Shown here: piece after piece, positions 39,144 to 47,684 of the stretch
Position numbering within the stretch: the first letter of the stretch is position 1
How the letters are laid out: every line of letters begins with the position of its first letter
Source of the DNA: Woeseiaceae bacterium
GTDB taxonomy: Bacteria; Pseudomonadota; Gammaproteobacteria; Steroidobacterales; Woeseiaceae
Assembly (NCBI GenBank): GCA_965224655.1
Contig: OZ245060.1
Span: 258,917 to 322,916 of the forward strand
Direction of reading: 5' to 3'
Length of the DNA stretch: 64,000 nucleotides
Notes under the pieces: generated by a model
Databases searched by the model: none
Seen by the model: only the letters and a program-made list of their open reading frames with translations
Told to the model about the DNA's origin: nothing
Program-made: the position numbers and the translations under genes

Positions 39144-39746
39144 ATGCGCACCGCTTCGATATCAGCCTTCGCCCTGCTGGGGCTACTCATCGCCGCTTTC
39201 GCCGTCGCCAACAATACGACGCGCATTGCGGTCGCCAAATTCGACGCCGACGGCAACCTGCTGGTCCCACCCGACCTTGACGAATGGGTCTTCATCGGCA
39301 CGTCGCTGGGAATGGGCTATTCGCAGGCCGACTTCGATCCGGACAGCCCAGGTATGTTCCAGGTTGCGCGCATCGAGCCGCAGGCCTGGGAACACTTCAA
39401 GAAGACCGGCGAGTTTGCCGATGGCACGATGCTGTCGTTGCATTTCTACGGGTCACAGAACGAGATCTCGATAAGCCGTGCCGGATTCGTCATGTCCGAC
39501 CTGCACCTCGCGGAAATTCACTACAAAGACAGCGAGCGATTCCCGGATGGTTTCAATTTCTATAATCTGGCGAACGGCGAACCCATCGGCACGGAGATCG
39601 GCCTTCCCAATGACTGCGTTGATTGTCACAAGCGCGATGGCGCCTACGACGGCGTGTTTGTGCAGTTCTACCCGGCTGTTCACCCCTATCTTCCTGAAGA
39701 CGTGCGTGCCGGACTCGAGCGCCCCGATTCGCATGCGGCGCACTAG
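39144..39746 (+). CDS. putative cytochrome P460-family periplasmic haem protein
   Basis: 200 aa. It has a signal peptide and a single C-terminal haem-binding CXXCH motif ('CVDCHK'). The size and architecture are like cytochrome P460. The family call is tentative. Confidence 0.5.
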   Translation: MRTASISAFALLGLLIAAFAVANNTTRIAVAKFDADGNLLVPPDLDEWVFIGTSLGMGYSQADFDPDSPGMFQVARIEPQAWEHFKKTGEFADGTMLSLHFYGSQNEISISRAGFVMSDLHLAEIHYKDSERFPDGFNFYNLANGEPIGTEIGLPNDCVDCHKRDGAYDGVFVQFYPAVHPYLPEDVRAGLERPDSHAAH

Positions 39747-39763
39747 CGGCCGCGGGGTCGACA

Positions 39764-40762
39764 ATGCCTGAGACCCGGGTCATCGCAGCGCTTGCATACC
39801 CGGGGCTGCAGCTCCTTGACGTCGTCGGTCCGCTCGAGACGTTCAATCTCGCATCTCAGCAACGCATCGATGACGGTGCTGCAAAGTCGCTGTCCTACAA
39901 GGTTGTCGTCGTTTCACGCGGCGGGATGGCCGAAACATCCATGTCCGGACTGTCGATCAATGCGCAGCGCAGCCTGGACGACGGCGCGGAAGGAATTGAC
40001 ACATTGCTCGTGCCGGGCGCGCTGACCGGCGGCTCGAAGTTTTACGAAGACGCGGAGTATGTCCGCTTCGTGCAGCAGGCTGCCGGCGACGTGAGGCGGC
40101 TGTGTTCGGTCTGCTCCGGCGCACTGCTGCTCGCGGCCGCCGGTGTCCTCGACGGCAAACGCGCGACGACACACTGGATGGATGCCGCGGAGTTGCGAGA
40201 GAGCTTTCCGGACGTGCGCGTCGAGGAAAACCGGATCTATCTGCAGGATGGAAACGTCTACTCGTCAGGCGGCATTACCGCCGGAATCGATCTCGCGCTG
40301 GCACTGGTCGAGCAGGACTTTTCCCGGCGTCTCGCGCTGAAGGTGGCCAAGCGTTTGCTCGTGTTCCTGAAACGGCCCGGAGACCAGCAGCAGTTCAGTA
40401 CATTCCTCTCCGCGCAGTCGCATCCGACCCGTTTCATGGAGCTCCTCGACTGGATAACGGACAACCTCGACCAGTCGATCAGCACCCGGGTACTCGCGTC
40501 CCGCGCATGCATGAGCGAACGTTCGTTCCGGCGCCACTTTGAATCCGAAGTCGGAATGCCGGTGCAGCGCTACCTGGCACGAGCGCGTATCACCAAGGCA
40601 CAAAGCATGCTTGAAACGTCGACGCTGCCCATCGTTACGGTCGCCAACCGTTGCGGTTTCCGGTCGGCGGATGCCATGCGCTACGCGTTCGCGACGGAAC
40701 TCGATGTCACGCCGAGCGAATACCGCCGGCGATTTGGCGAATCCGCGAATCCTGACCAGTAA
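39764..40762 (+). CDS. GlxA-family transcriptional regulator (DJ-1/PfpI domain + AraC HTH)
   Basis: 332 aa. The N-terminal GATase1-like domain carries 'SVCSGALLLAAAGVLDGKRATTHW'. The C-terminal AraC-type dual HTH includes 'VANRCGFRSADAMRYAF'. Confidence 0.85.
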   Translation: MPETRVIAALAYPGLQLLDVVGPLETFNLASQQRIDDGAAKSLSYKVVVVSRGGMAETSMSGLSINAQRSLDDGAEGIDTLLVPGALTGGSKFYEDAEYVRFVQQAAGDVRRLCSVCSGALLLAAAGVLDGKRATTHWMDAAELRESFPDVRVEENRIYLQDGNVYSSGGITAGIDLALALVEQDFSRRLALKVAKRLLVFLKRPGDQQQFSTFLSAQSHPTRFMELLDWITDNLDQSISTRVLASRACMSERSFRRHFESEVGMPVQRYLARARITKAQSMLETSTLPIVTVANRCGFRSADAMRYAFATELDVTPSEYRRRFGESANPDQ

Positions 40763-40803
40763 GACGCCTTGTCGCCGGGCGGACGCATGGCGACGATGGT
40801 CGC

Positions 40804-41418
40804 GTGGATAACGTCAATCACAAGGATCGTAGCGACGTTGCCGTGCTGGCCGAGGCGATCGGCCTGCCCGACGGTTTCACCGCGCAACATCTGATCGATC
40901 GGTTTGGCAGCCTGCGCGCGCTGATGCACGCCAGCAACGCGCAACTGATGACGTTTCGCGGCATTGGTAGCAGCCGCGCGGCGGCCATTCGCGCGCTGCC
41001 CGAGCTTGCCCGTCGCTACTACCTCGAATCGCTTCCGGTCGGAGAGTCGATTCGCAGTCCCGCCGATACCGAGTCTTTCCTGCGTGCCCGCATGCGCAAC
41101 CTCGGCCACGAACTGTTCTGCTGCGTGTATCTGGACAATCGCCACCGTGTCTTGCGGTTCGACGAGCTGTTTCGAGGCACGATTGACGGCACGTCGGTCT
41201 ATCCTCGCGAAGTCGTCAAGGAAGCGCTCGCGGTCAACGCCGCCGCCGTCATCCTGGCGCATAATCACCCGAGCGGCGTCGCCGAGCCCAGCCAGGCCGA
41301 CGAACGGATCACGAGGCGCCTCAAATCGGCCCTCGAACTGGTCGATATCCGGCTTCTCGACCACCTCATCATCGGCGACGGGGTATCGACGTCGCTGGCC
41401 AGCCGCGGGCTGCTCTGA
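40804..41418 (+). CDS. radC: RadC-family JAB-domain protein
   Basis: 204 aa. It has an HhH region and the JAMM motif '[17 protein letters not shown]'. It sits upstream of rpmB-rpmG as in enterobacteria. The start codon is uncertain. Confidence 0.85.
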   Translation: MDNVNHKDRSDVAVLAEAIGLPDGFTAQHLIDRFGSLRALMHASNAQLMTFRGIGSSRAAAIRALPELARRYYLESLPVGESIRSPADTESFLRARMRNLGHELFCCVYLDNRHRVLRFDELFRGTIDGTSVYPREVVKEALAVNAAAVILAHNHPSGVAEPSQADERITRRLKSALELVDIRLLDHLIIGDGVSTSLASRGLL

Positions 41419-41447
41419 ATGCCCTGAAACGCTTGCGCTGCGGGCCC

Positions 41448-41476
41448 TTGCAACGCTCCGGCGACACTGGTATAAA
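41448..41476 (+). promoter_or_regulatory. sigma70-type promoter candidate for rpmB-rpmG
   Basis: The sequence is TTGCAA (41448-53), a 17-nt spacer, then TATAAA (41471-76). It lies about 58 nt upstream of the rpmB ATG. Confidence 0.45.
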
Positions 41477-41533
41477 GTCTCGCTCTTTGCCCGGCAGCCG
41501 CGGGCAACTTTTAATAAAATCAGAGACTTAACC

Positions 41534-41770
41534 ATGTCCAAGGTTTGCCAGGTGACTGGGAAACGCCCGCAAACGGGTAACAACGTTTCTCACGCACACA
41601 ACAAAACTCGTCGTCGCTTTCTGCCCAACCTGCAGAACAAGCGTTTCTGGCTCGAGTCCGAGAAGCGTTACGTGCGCCTGCGCGTTTCGCACAAGGGCAT
41701 GCGCATCATCGACAAGCATGGCATCGAAAAGGTCGTGGCCGACCTGCGTGCCGGCGGTCAGAGCGTCTGA
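41534..41770 (+). CDS. rpmB: 50S ribosomal protein L28
   Basis: The 78-aa '[34 protein letters not shown]...' is the C-terminal part of track ORF 40964..41770. That ORF otherwise reads through radC out of frame. Confidence 0.95.
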   Translation: MSKVCQVTGKRPQTGNNVSHAHNKTRRRFLPNLQNKRFWLESEKRYVRLRVSHKGMRIIDKHGIEKVVADLRAGGQSV

Positions 41771-41786
41771 TCCGGAGGACTGAATA

Positions 41787-41954
41787 ATGGCTAAGGGTAA
41801 CCGCGACAAGATCAAGCTCGTCTCCAGTGCCGGAACCGGTCACTACTACACGGCGACGAAGAACAAGAAGCTCCATCCCGAAAAGATGGAGACCAAGAAG
41901 TACGATCCGACCATCCGGAAGCACGTGCTCTACAAGGAAGCCAAGATCAAATAG
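41787..41954 (+). CDS. rpmG: 50S ribosomal protein L33
   Basis: Not in the track (55 aa). My translation is [60 protein letters not shown] lies upstream. Confidence 0.9.
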   Translation: MAKGNRDKIKLVSSAGTGHYYTATKNKKLHPEKMETKKYDPTIRKHVLYKEAKIK

Positions 41955-42005
41955 CAGTACCGCGGCGCATCCTCCCCCGACGCGCTGCAACAAGCGACTG
42001 CGACA

Positions 42006-42038
42006 GAGCCCGCTCCACGAGCGGGCTCTTTTTGTTTT
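42006..42038 (+). terminator. Rho-independent terminator after rpmG
   Basis: The stem is GAGCCCGCTC-CAC-GAGCGGGCTC (10 bp). It is followed by TTTTTGTTTT. Confidence 0.8.
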
Positions 42039-42057
42039 CGGGCATTACAATTGCGGG

Positions 42058-42870
42058 ATGCCGGAGCTTCCCGAAGTCGAAACCAGCCGCCGTGGCCTCG
42101 AACCGCATATCGTCGGTACGGCAATCGCGCGAGCCGTCGTACGCAATCGTCGCTTGCGCTGGCCGGTCGCCAGACACCTCGAGTCCCGCGTTGCGGGACA
42201 GTCGATCGTGTCGATCCAGCGGCGTGCCAAGTACCTGCTCATCAATCTTGAGTCCGGCACCCTGATTCTGCATCTCGGGATGTCAGGCAGCGTGTTCATG
42301 GTGGATGTCGGCACACCATCCGGCGTTCACGATCACGTCGACGTCGAACTCGACAACGGCCTCGCACTGCGGTTTCGCGACCCGCGACGATTCGGTTCGC
42401 TGCACTTCAGTTCCAGGCCACTCGAACACAAGCTATTGCGAGACCTTGGGCCCGAGCCACTCGGTAACGAATTCGATGGCGACTACCTGTGGCAAAAATC
42501 CCGCGGCCGCCGCGTCAGCGTAAAGCAGTTCATCATGAACGCGAACGTCGTGGTCGGTGTCGGCAACATCTACGCCAGCGAGTCGCTGTTTCTCGCCGGC
42601 ATCAATCCGAAACGTGCGGCGGGGCGAATTTCCCGCGAGCGCTATGACGCACTGGCGGCATCGATCAGGGAAGTGCTGTCACGCGCGATCAAGGCCGGCG
42701 GCACGACGCTGCGCGACTTCTACGGCGGCGACGGAGAGCCCGGTTACTTCGCGCAGCAACTCGAAGTCTACGGCCGCGACGGCGAGCACTGCCGCTACTG
42801 CGACACCCTGATTCGATCGATCGTGCAGGGGCAGCGGAGCACGTACTATTGCGTGCAGTGCCAGACCTGA
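42058..42870 (+). CDS. mutM: formamidopyrimidine-DNA glycosylase
   Basis: The start was trimmed to the ATG at 42058. The N-terminus '[14 protein letters not shown]' is present. The C-terminal zinc finger reads '[25 protein letters not shown]'. Confidence 0.95.
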   Translation: MPELPEVETSRRGLEPHIVGTAIARAVVRNRRLRWPVARHLESRVAGQSIVSIQRRAKYLLINLESGTLILHLGMSGSVFMVDVGTPSGVHDHVDVELDNGLALRFRDPRRFGSLHFSSRPLEHKLLRDLGPEPLGNEFDGDYLWQKSRGRRVSVKQFIMNANVVVGVGNIYASESLFLAGINPKRAAGRISRERYDALAASIREVLSRAIKAGGTTLRDFYGGDGEPGYFAQQLEVYGRDGEHCRYCDTLIRSIVQGQRSTYYCVQCQT

Positions 42871-43359
42871 TCAGCCGCGGCCGACTTTCTTCAACAGGGC
42901 GTCCTTGACTTTGGGCGACACGAATTCCGTGATATCGCCCCCGAGCTCGGCGACTTCACGCACCAGCGTCGAAGAAATGAACGTGTACTTGTCAGTCGGC
43001 GTCAGAAAAGCGGTCTCGACGTCCTGGGTAAGGTGCCGGTTCATGCTGGCGAGCTGGAACTCGTATTCAAAGTCCGATACAGCGCGCAGCCCGCGGACGA
43101 TAACGCCAAGCTTGTTCTGTTTGGCAAAATCGATTGTCAGGCCTTCGTAGCCCATCACTTCGACGTTGCCGATGTCTTCCAGCGCGTCGCTGGCAAGCTG
43201 CACACGTTCGTCGAACGAGAACATTGTCTTCTTGGTGCCCGTGTTCAGCGCGACGGCGACGACCACCTTTTCATAGAGCTTCGATGCCCTGCGCACAAAG
43301 TCCTCGTGACCCATCGTTATCGGGTCGAACGTTCCCGGGTACATCGCAGATACGCTCAT
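42871..43359 (-). CDS. coaD: phosphopantetheine adenylyltransferase
   Basis: 162 aa. The 'AMYPGTFDPITMGHEDFVRRA' (T/HxGH) motif is present. Confidence 0.95.
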   Translation of the reverse strand: MSVSAMYPGTFDPITMGHEDFVRRASKLYEKVVVAVALNTGTKKTMFSFDERVQLASDALEDIGNVEVMGYEGLTIDFAKQNKLGVIVRGLRAVSDFEYEFQLASMNRHLTQDVETAFLTPTDKYTFISSTLVREVAELGGDITEFVSPKVKDALLKKVGRG

Positions 43360-43362
43360 CAG

Positions 43363-43950
43363 CTATTCCTGTGTAACGCAGACCAATGCATAGCGGACAT
43401 TTCCGGCATGTTTGTCCCGCGTGATCGACCAGCCTTCCGGCAGCACCGGATCCTGCTGCCGATTCATTTCCAGGTAGACCCGTGCGTCGCTGGCGAGCCA
43501 CCCCCCACTGGCCAGTAGTCTACACAATTCGTCCAGCATGTCCTCTGCGAACGGAGGATCGAGGAATACGATGTCGAACCGCCGCTCCGCACCCTGTGCA
43601 AGGAAGCGGCGAGCGTCGACCTGCAGGATTTCGGCGCCGGCCGCCGACAGGCCTTCGATGTTGGCGTGCAGCGCCCTGGCAGCAGCGGCCGACTTCTCGA
43701 CGAACACGACCTCGCGGGCCCCTCGCGACAAAGCCTCGAGCCCGAGTGCGCCGGTGCCGGCACAAAGATCCAGGCAACGGGCGCCGGGCACGTCGTCGGC
43801 GAGCCAGTTGAACAGCGTCTCGCGAATGCGCTCCGATGTCGGACGCAGGCCAGGTACGTCGGCAATCTGCAAAAGGCGACTGCGCCAGTTTCCCGCTACA
43901 ATACGCAGCCGTCCCGCCTGGGATTTTTTGTTGCCTCTGGCCATTGCCAC
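43363..43950 (-). CDS. rsmD: 16S rRNA (guanine966-N2)-methyltransferase
   Basis: 195 aa. It has 'LRIVAGNWRSRLL...PGLRPTSERIRETLFNWL' and 'DIVFLDPPF'. Confidence 0.9.
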   Translation of the reverse strand: MAMARGNKKSQAGRLRIVAGNWRSRLLQIADVPGLRPTSERIRETLFNWLADDVPGARCLDLCAGTGALGLEALSRGAREVVFVEKSAAAARALHANIEGLSAAGAEILQVDARRFLAQGAERRFDIVFLDPPFAEDMLDELCRLLASGGWLASDARVYLEMNRQQDPVLPEGWSITRDKHAGNVRYALVCVTQE

Positions 43951-43978
43951 CCCGAGTAGACCTTACGAACGTATAGCG

Positions 43979-44941
43979 ATGTTTGGAAAAAAAGAAAAGC
44001 CCGAAAAGAAAGAGGGCTTTATCAAGCGCCTGCGCGCACGCATCAACAAGGGCGACAGCTGGCTGACCTACGATCTCGCGAATCTCGTGCCGGGTGGAGA
44101 GATCGACGAAGACGTTCTCGAGGAGCTCGAAGCGTTGCTGGTGATGGCCGACGTCGGGGTCGACACGACGGAACGCATCATTGCGGAGCTGCACAAGCGG
44201 CTGGCGCGCAAAGAGCTCAAGGACCTGGACGCGTTGCGCGCCGGGCTCGAACGATCGCTGCTCGACATCCTCGAGCCGGTCGAGATGCCGCTGGCAATCA
44301 AAAAGCCGAACGGGCCGTTCGTGATTTTCATGGTTGGCGTGAACGGTGCCGGCAAGACGACGACGATCGGCAAACTCGCGAAACGACTGCAGGATGACGG
44401 CTACTCGGTAATGCTCGCTGCCGGTGACACGTTTCGCGCCGCCGCCGTCGAGCAACTCCAGATCTGGGGTGAGCGCAATGACGTACCTGTGATCGCACAG
44501 CAATCCGGTGCCGACCCCGCAGCCGTCATCTTCGATGCCTGGGAAGCTGCCAATGCCCGCGGTATCGATGTGCTGTTGGCCGACACGGCGGGCCGGCTGC
44601 AGAGCCAGACCGGGTTGATGGACGAGCTCGCAAAAATGAAGCGCATCGTCGGTCGCCACGACGAGACAGCGCCGCACGAGACGATGCTGGTGCTTGATGC
44701 CAGCCAGGGGCAGAACGCGCTCGTCCAGGCGGAAAAGTTTCACGAGGCACTCGGGCTGACCGGCATCACGGTGACAAAGTTGGATGGCAGCGCGAAGGGT
44801 GGCATTCTTCTCGCGATCGCGAACAAGCTGCAGGTGCCGGTACGCTTCATCGGAATCGGCGAAGCTGCCGAAGACATGCAGCCGTTCGAAGCCAGGGCAT
44901 TTGTCGATGCCCTGTTGCAGTCCGGCCAGCAAAGTCTGTAG
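43979..44941 (+). CDS. ftsY: signal recognition particle receptor FtsY (short form, NG domain only)
   Basis: The start was trimmed to the ATG at 43979. It has 'FMVGVNGAGKTTTIGKLA', 'DTAGR' and 'TKLDGSAKGG'. The track ORF start 43538 lies antisense within rsmD. Confidence 0.9.
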   Translation: MFGKKEKPEKKEGFIKRLRARINKGDSWLTYDLANLVPGGEIDEDVLEELEALLVMADVGVDTTERIIAELHKRLARKELKDLDALRAGLERSLLDILEPVEMPLAIKKPNGPFVIFMVGVNGAGKTTTIGKLAKRLQDDGYSVMLAAGDTFRAAAVEQLQIWGERNDVPVIAQQSGADPAAVIFDAWEAANARGIDVLLADTAGRLQSQTGLMDELAKMKRIVGRHDETAPHETMLVLDASQGQNALVQAEKFHEALGLTGITVTKLDGSAKGGILLAIANKLQVPVRFIGIGEAAEDMQPFEARAFVDALLQSGQQSL

Positions 44942-45616
44942 ATGATCCAACTCGATAAAGTGACAAAGCGATTTCCGGGCGGGCAGGAGGCTGTTTCCGA
45001 CCTGAGCCTGTCGGTCGACAGGGGCGAAATGGTATTCGTTACAGGCCATTCCGGAGCGGGCAAGAGCACGCTACTGCGGTTGATCGCGCTGATCGAGCGG
45101 CCGACGAGCGGCCAGGTCATTGTCGATAACCGGAATACGCGACGCGTAAAGCGCCGCAAGATCCCGGCCTATCGGCGCCAGATCGGCATGGTATTCCAGG
45201 ACCACAAGCTACTGTACGACCGGCCGGTTTCCGACAACGTCGCACTGCCGCTGGTGATCGCCGGCGTCGGCCATCGCGAGGCGAGTCGTCGAGTTCGTGC
45301 GGCCCTTGACCAGGTCGGTCTGCTGCACAAGGAAAAGCAAAGCCCGCAAACCTTGTCTGCCGGCGAACAGCAGCGAGTCGGCATCGCACGCGCGATCGTC
45401 ACGCGCCCGAAGCTGTTGATCGCCGACGAACCCACCGGCAACCTGGATCCGGAGCTGTCGCTCGAAGTGATGCGGATTTTCCGGCGCTTCAACGAAGTCG
45501 GGGTAACACTGCTCATCGCGAGCCACGATATCGCGCTGATCGACCGGCTCGGGTGCCGACGCATTGCGCTCGAAGATGGCCGTCTCGTGCCGGAGGAGGT
45601 CGACGAATGGCTGTGA
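44942..45616 (+). CDS. ftsE: cell division ATP-binding protein FtsE
   Basis: 224 aa. It has the Walker A motif 'GHSGAGKST' and the ABC signature 'LSAGEQQRVGIARA'. It lies within the ftsYEX synteny. Confidence 0.95.
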   Translation: MIQLDKVTKRFPGGQEAVSDLSLSVDRGEMVFVTGHSGAGKSTLLRLIALIERPTSGQVIVDNRNTRRVKRRKIPAYRRQIGMVFQDHKLLYDRPVSDNVALPLVIAGVGHREASRRVRAALDQVGLLHKEKQSPQTLSAGEQQRVGIARAIVTRPKLLIADEPTGNLDPELSLEVMRIFRRFNEVGVTLLIASHDIALIDRLGCRRIALEDGRLVPEEVDEWL

Positions 45617-46572
45617 CGCGAAATGCTGATGCCGTTGCGCCGGTACGGTCGTCCGGGCCGTTGTCGATCTGGTTGTCGCGGCACGCGAGTACGTCGCTCG
45701 GCTCACTTGGACGAATCGTGCGCCAACCGCTCTCCAGCCTGATGATCGTGCTCGTCATCGGGGTCACGCTTGCGCTACCTGCCGCAATCAACGTCGTCGT
45801 CAAGAATGTGCAATCGGTCAGCGGAAGCTGGGACAACGCCCTCGACTTCTCGGTGTTCCTCAATCAGGACGTTTCCGAGGATGAGGCCGCAGGCCTTGCC
45901 CGCCTGCTAGGGCAGCGTGCGGACATCGAATCGGTCGATCTCGTGACGTCGGCGGAAGCGCTGACCATGTTCAAGGAACAATCCGGATTCGGCGGTGCGC
46001 TCGATCAACTCAACGAGAATCCGCTGCCGCACACGCTGGTCGTGCGTCCGGGCCCGGGCAACACCAGCGCGTCGCTGGTGCTGTTGCAGGAGGAGCTCGG
46101 CAACCTGCCAGAGACCGAGCTGGTGCAGGTCGATACCGAATGGGTACAGCGGTTTCATGCCATTCTCGACATCATTCGGCAGGCGTTGCTGATCGGGTCC
46201 GCGCTGCTGGGCGTCGCGATCATCGTCATCATCGGCAATACGATTCGGCTCGATATCGAAAACCGGCGCGAGGAAATCGAGGTCACCAAGCTCATCGGTG
46301 CGAGCAACGCCTTCGTGCGGCGGCCATTCCTGTGGACGGGATTCTGGTACGGGCTGCTCGGGAGCACGGTCGCGCTGGCGCTTGTGCAGTACGGGCTTTT
46401 CCTGCTCAAGGACCCCGTCGCCCGCCTGGCCGGGCTGTACCAGGGCAACATCGCGATCGCCGCGATGGGTATCGAGGAAAGCGGTCTGCTCATCGGTGCC
46501 GGCATCCTGCTGGGCCTGATCGCCTCCTGGCTGACCGCAGCCCGTCACATGCGCCGCATCGAACCCCGCTGA
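45607..46572 (+). CDS. ftsX: cell division permease-like protein FtsX
   Basis: The start was trimmed to the ATG at 45607, overlapping ftsE by 10 nt. It has four TM helices and a periplasmic loop. It is the terminal gene of ftsYEX. Confidence 0.85.
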   Translation: MAVTRNADAVAPVRSSGPLSIWLSRHASTSLGSLGRIVRQPLSSLMIVLVIGVTLALPAAINVVVKNVQSVSGSWDNALDFSVFLNQDVSEDEAAGLARLLGQRADIESVDLVTSAEALTMFKEQSGFGGALDQLNENPLPHTLVVRPGPGNTSASLVLLQEELGNLPETELVQVDTEWVQRFHAILDIIRQALLIGSALLGVAIIVIIGNTIRLDIENRREEIEVTKLIGASNAFVRRPFLWTGFWYGLLGSTVALALVQYGLFLLKDPVARLAGLYQGNIAIAAMGIEESGLLIGAGILLGLIASWLTAARHMRRIEPR

Positions 46573-46590
46573 CGCCCCGGACTACCTATT

Positions 46591-46663
46591 GGGGCCAGAC
46601 CCCACCAGCCAGGGCCAGACCCCACCCGGTGGGGTCTGGCCCTGGCTGGTGGGGTCTGGCCCC
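46591..46663. repeat. 73-bp perfect palindrome (36-nt arms, 1-nt centre), REP-like
   Basis: The left arm is GGGGCCAGACCCCACCAGCCAGGGCCAGACCCCACC. A single C follows, then the right arm GGTGGGGTCTGGCCCTGGCTGGTGGGGTCTGGCCCC. Each arm contains a 14-nt direct repeat, GGCCAGACCCCACC, twice. Confidence 0.95.
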
Positions 46664-46697
46664 TTATGTTGAATATCTTTATTCCCTACGGATATCG

Positions 46698-46726
46698 GGA
46701 ACTTAGGTGATTTGTTAGCACTCTAA
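46698..46726 (+). promoter_or_regulatory. sigmaE (RpoE/AlgU)-type promoter candidate upstream of rpoH
   Basis: The sequence is GGAACTT-N17-TCTAA, against the ECF sigmaE consensus GGAACTT-N16(+/-1)-TCTRA. E. coli rpoH has an analogous sigmaE promoter (P3). Confidence 0.4.
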
Positions 46727-46769
46727 GCTGGCGAGTGCTAAAATTGGGCACCGGATACGGAGGATGTGA

Positions 46770-47633
46770 ATGACAACCGCTTTAGCCACAACCAACAGAG
46801 ACCTTGTACTGGCCGGACCGGTAGGCTCGCTGGATGCCTACATCCATGCCGTCGGCTCCATCGAAGTGCTTTCCAAAGAGGAAGAGCAGGCGCTGGCTAT
46901 TCGCTATCGCGACGAGCAGGATCTCGACGCCGCGCGCGACCTGGTTATGGCGCATCTCCGCTTTGTTGTTCATATCGCCAAGGGCTACACCGGCTACGGC
47001 CTGCCCCTGAACGACCTGATCCAGGAAGGCAATGTCGGCCTGATGAAGGCCGTCAAGCGCTTTGACCCTGAGTACGGTGTCCGCCTCGTATCCTTCGCCG
47101 TGCACTGGATTCGTGCCGAGATTCACGAGTTCGTGCTCAAGAACTGGCGCATCGTCAAGGTCGCGACGACCAAGGCGCAGCGCAAGCTGTTTTTCAACCT
47201 TCGCAAGAAGAAGAAAACGCTGGCCTGGCTGACCGCGGCTGAAACCAAGGCGGTTGCCGACGACCTCGGCGTCAGCGAGAAGGAAGTCACCGAGATGGAG
47301 AAGCGCCTGCATTCGCGCGATACCATCTTCGACCCGGCACCGGATGCCGATGACGAGCACAGCTATACGCCGGCCGCCTACCTGCCAAGCCCGGACGCGG
47401 ACCCGGCGAAACAGGTCGAAACGGCCGACTTCAACACCGACGCGTCGGAACGCATGCACGCGGCCCTCAACGTGCTCGACGACCGCGCGCGTCGCATCAT
47501 CGAGACGCGCTGGCTGACGGAAGACAAGCTGACGCTGCACCAGCTCGCCGAAGAGTATGGCGTTTCCGCTGAACGCATTCGTCAGCTCGAGGTCAACGCG
47601 ATCAAGAAGCTCAGGAACGCGATGGCAGTCTGA
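46770..47633 (+). CDS. rpoH: RNA polymerase sigma-32 heat-shock factor
   Basis: 287 aa. The RpoH box 'TKAQRKLFFNLRKKK' is present, and regions 2 and 4 are conserved. GGAGGA lies 6 nt upstream. It follows ftsYEX as in other gammaproteobacteria. Confidence 0.95.
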   Translation: MTTALATTNRDLVLAGPVGSLDAYIHAVGSIEVLSKEEEQALAIRYRDEQDLDAARDLVMAHLRFVVHIAKGYTGYGLPLNDLIQEGNVGLMKAVKRFDPEYGVRLVSFAVHWIRAEIHEFVLKNWRIVKVATTKAQRKLFFNLRKKKKTLAWLTAAETKAVADDLGVSEKEVTEMEKRLHSRDTIFDPAPDADDEHSYTPAAYLPSPDADPAKQVETADFNTDASERMHAALNVLDDRARRIIETRWLTEDKLTLHQLAEEYGVSAERIRQLEVNAIKKLRNAMAV

Positions 47634-47647
47634 CCGACCGCCTTTGG

Positions 47648-47684
47648 CCAAAACAGGCCCGGCGTGCGCAGCACGACCGGGCCT
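47648..47684 (-). terminator. terminator hairpin shared by convergent rpoH and DUF3465 genes
   Basis: The stem AGGCCCGG (47655-62) pairs with CCGGGCCT (47677-84), with a 14-nt loop. On the minus strand it is followed by GTTTTGG. There is no T-tract on the plus strand. Confidence 0.45.

Noticed and set aside
43520-45049. 509-aa ORF on the minus strand. Similar long ORFs are at 24796..26232, 53802..55091, 15501..16379, 37711..38559, 29839..30561, 10512..11366, 50623..51702, 281..1144 and 7650..8249.
   Set aside because: All lie antisense or out of frame within genes that have unmistakable family signatures (ftsY, ubiB, sortase target, hemX, coaBC, TBDR, amtB, MATE, LysR, comM). Their translations are Arg/Ala/Gly/Pro-rich and low in complexity. 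This is typical of shadow ORFs in high-GC DNA.
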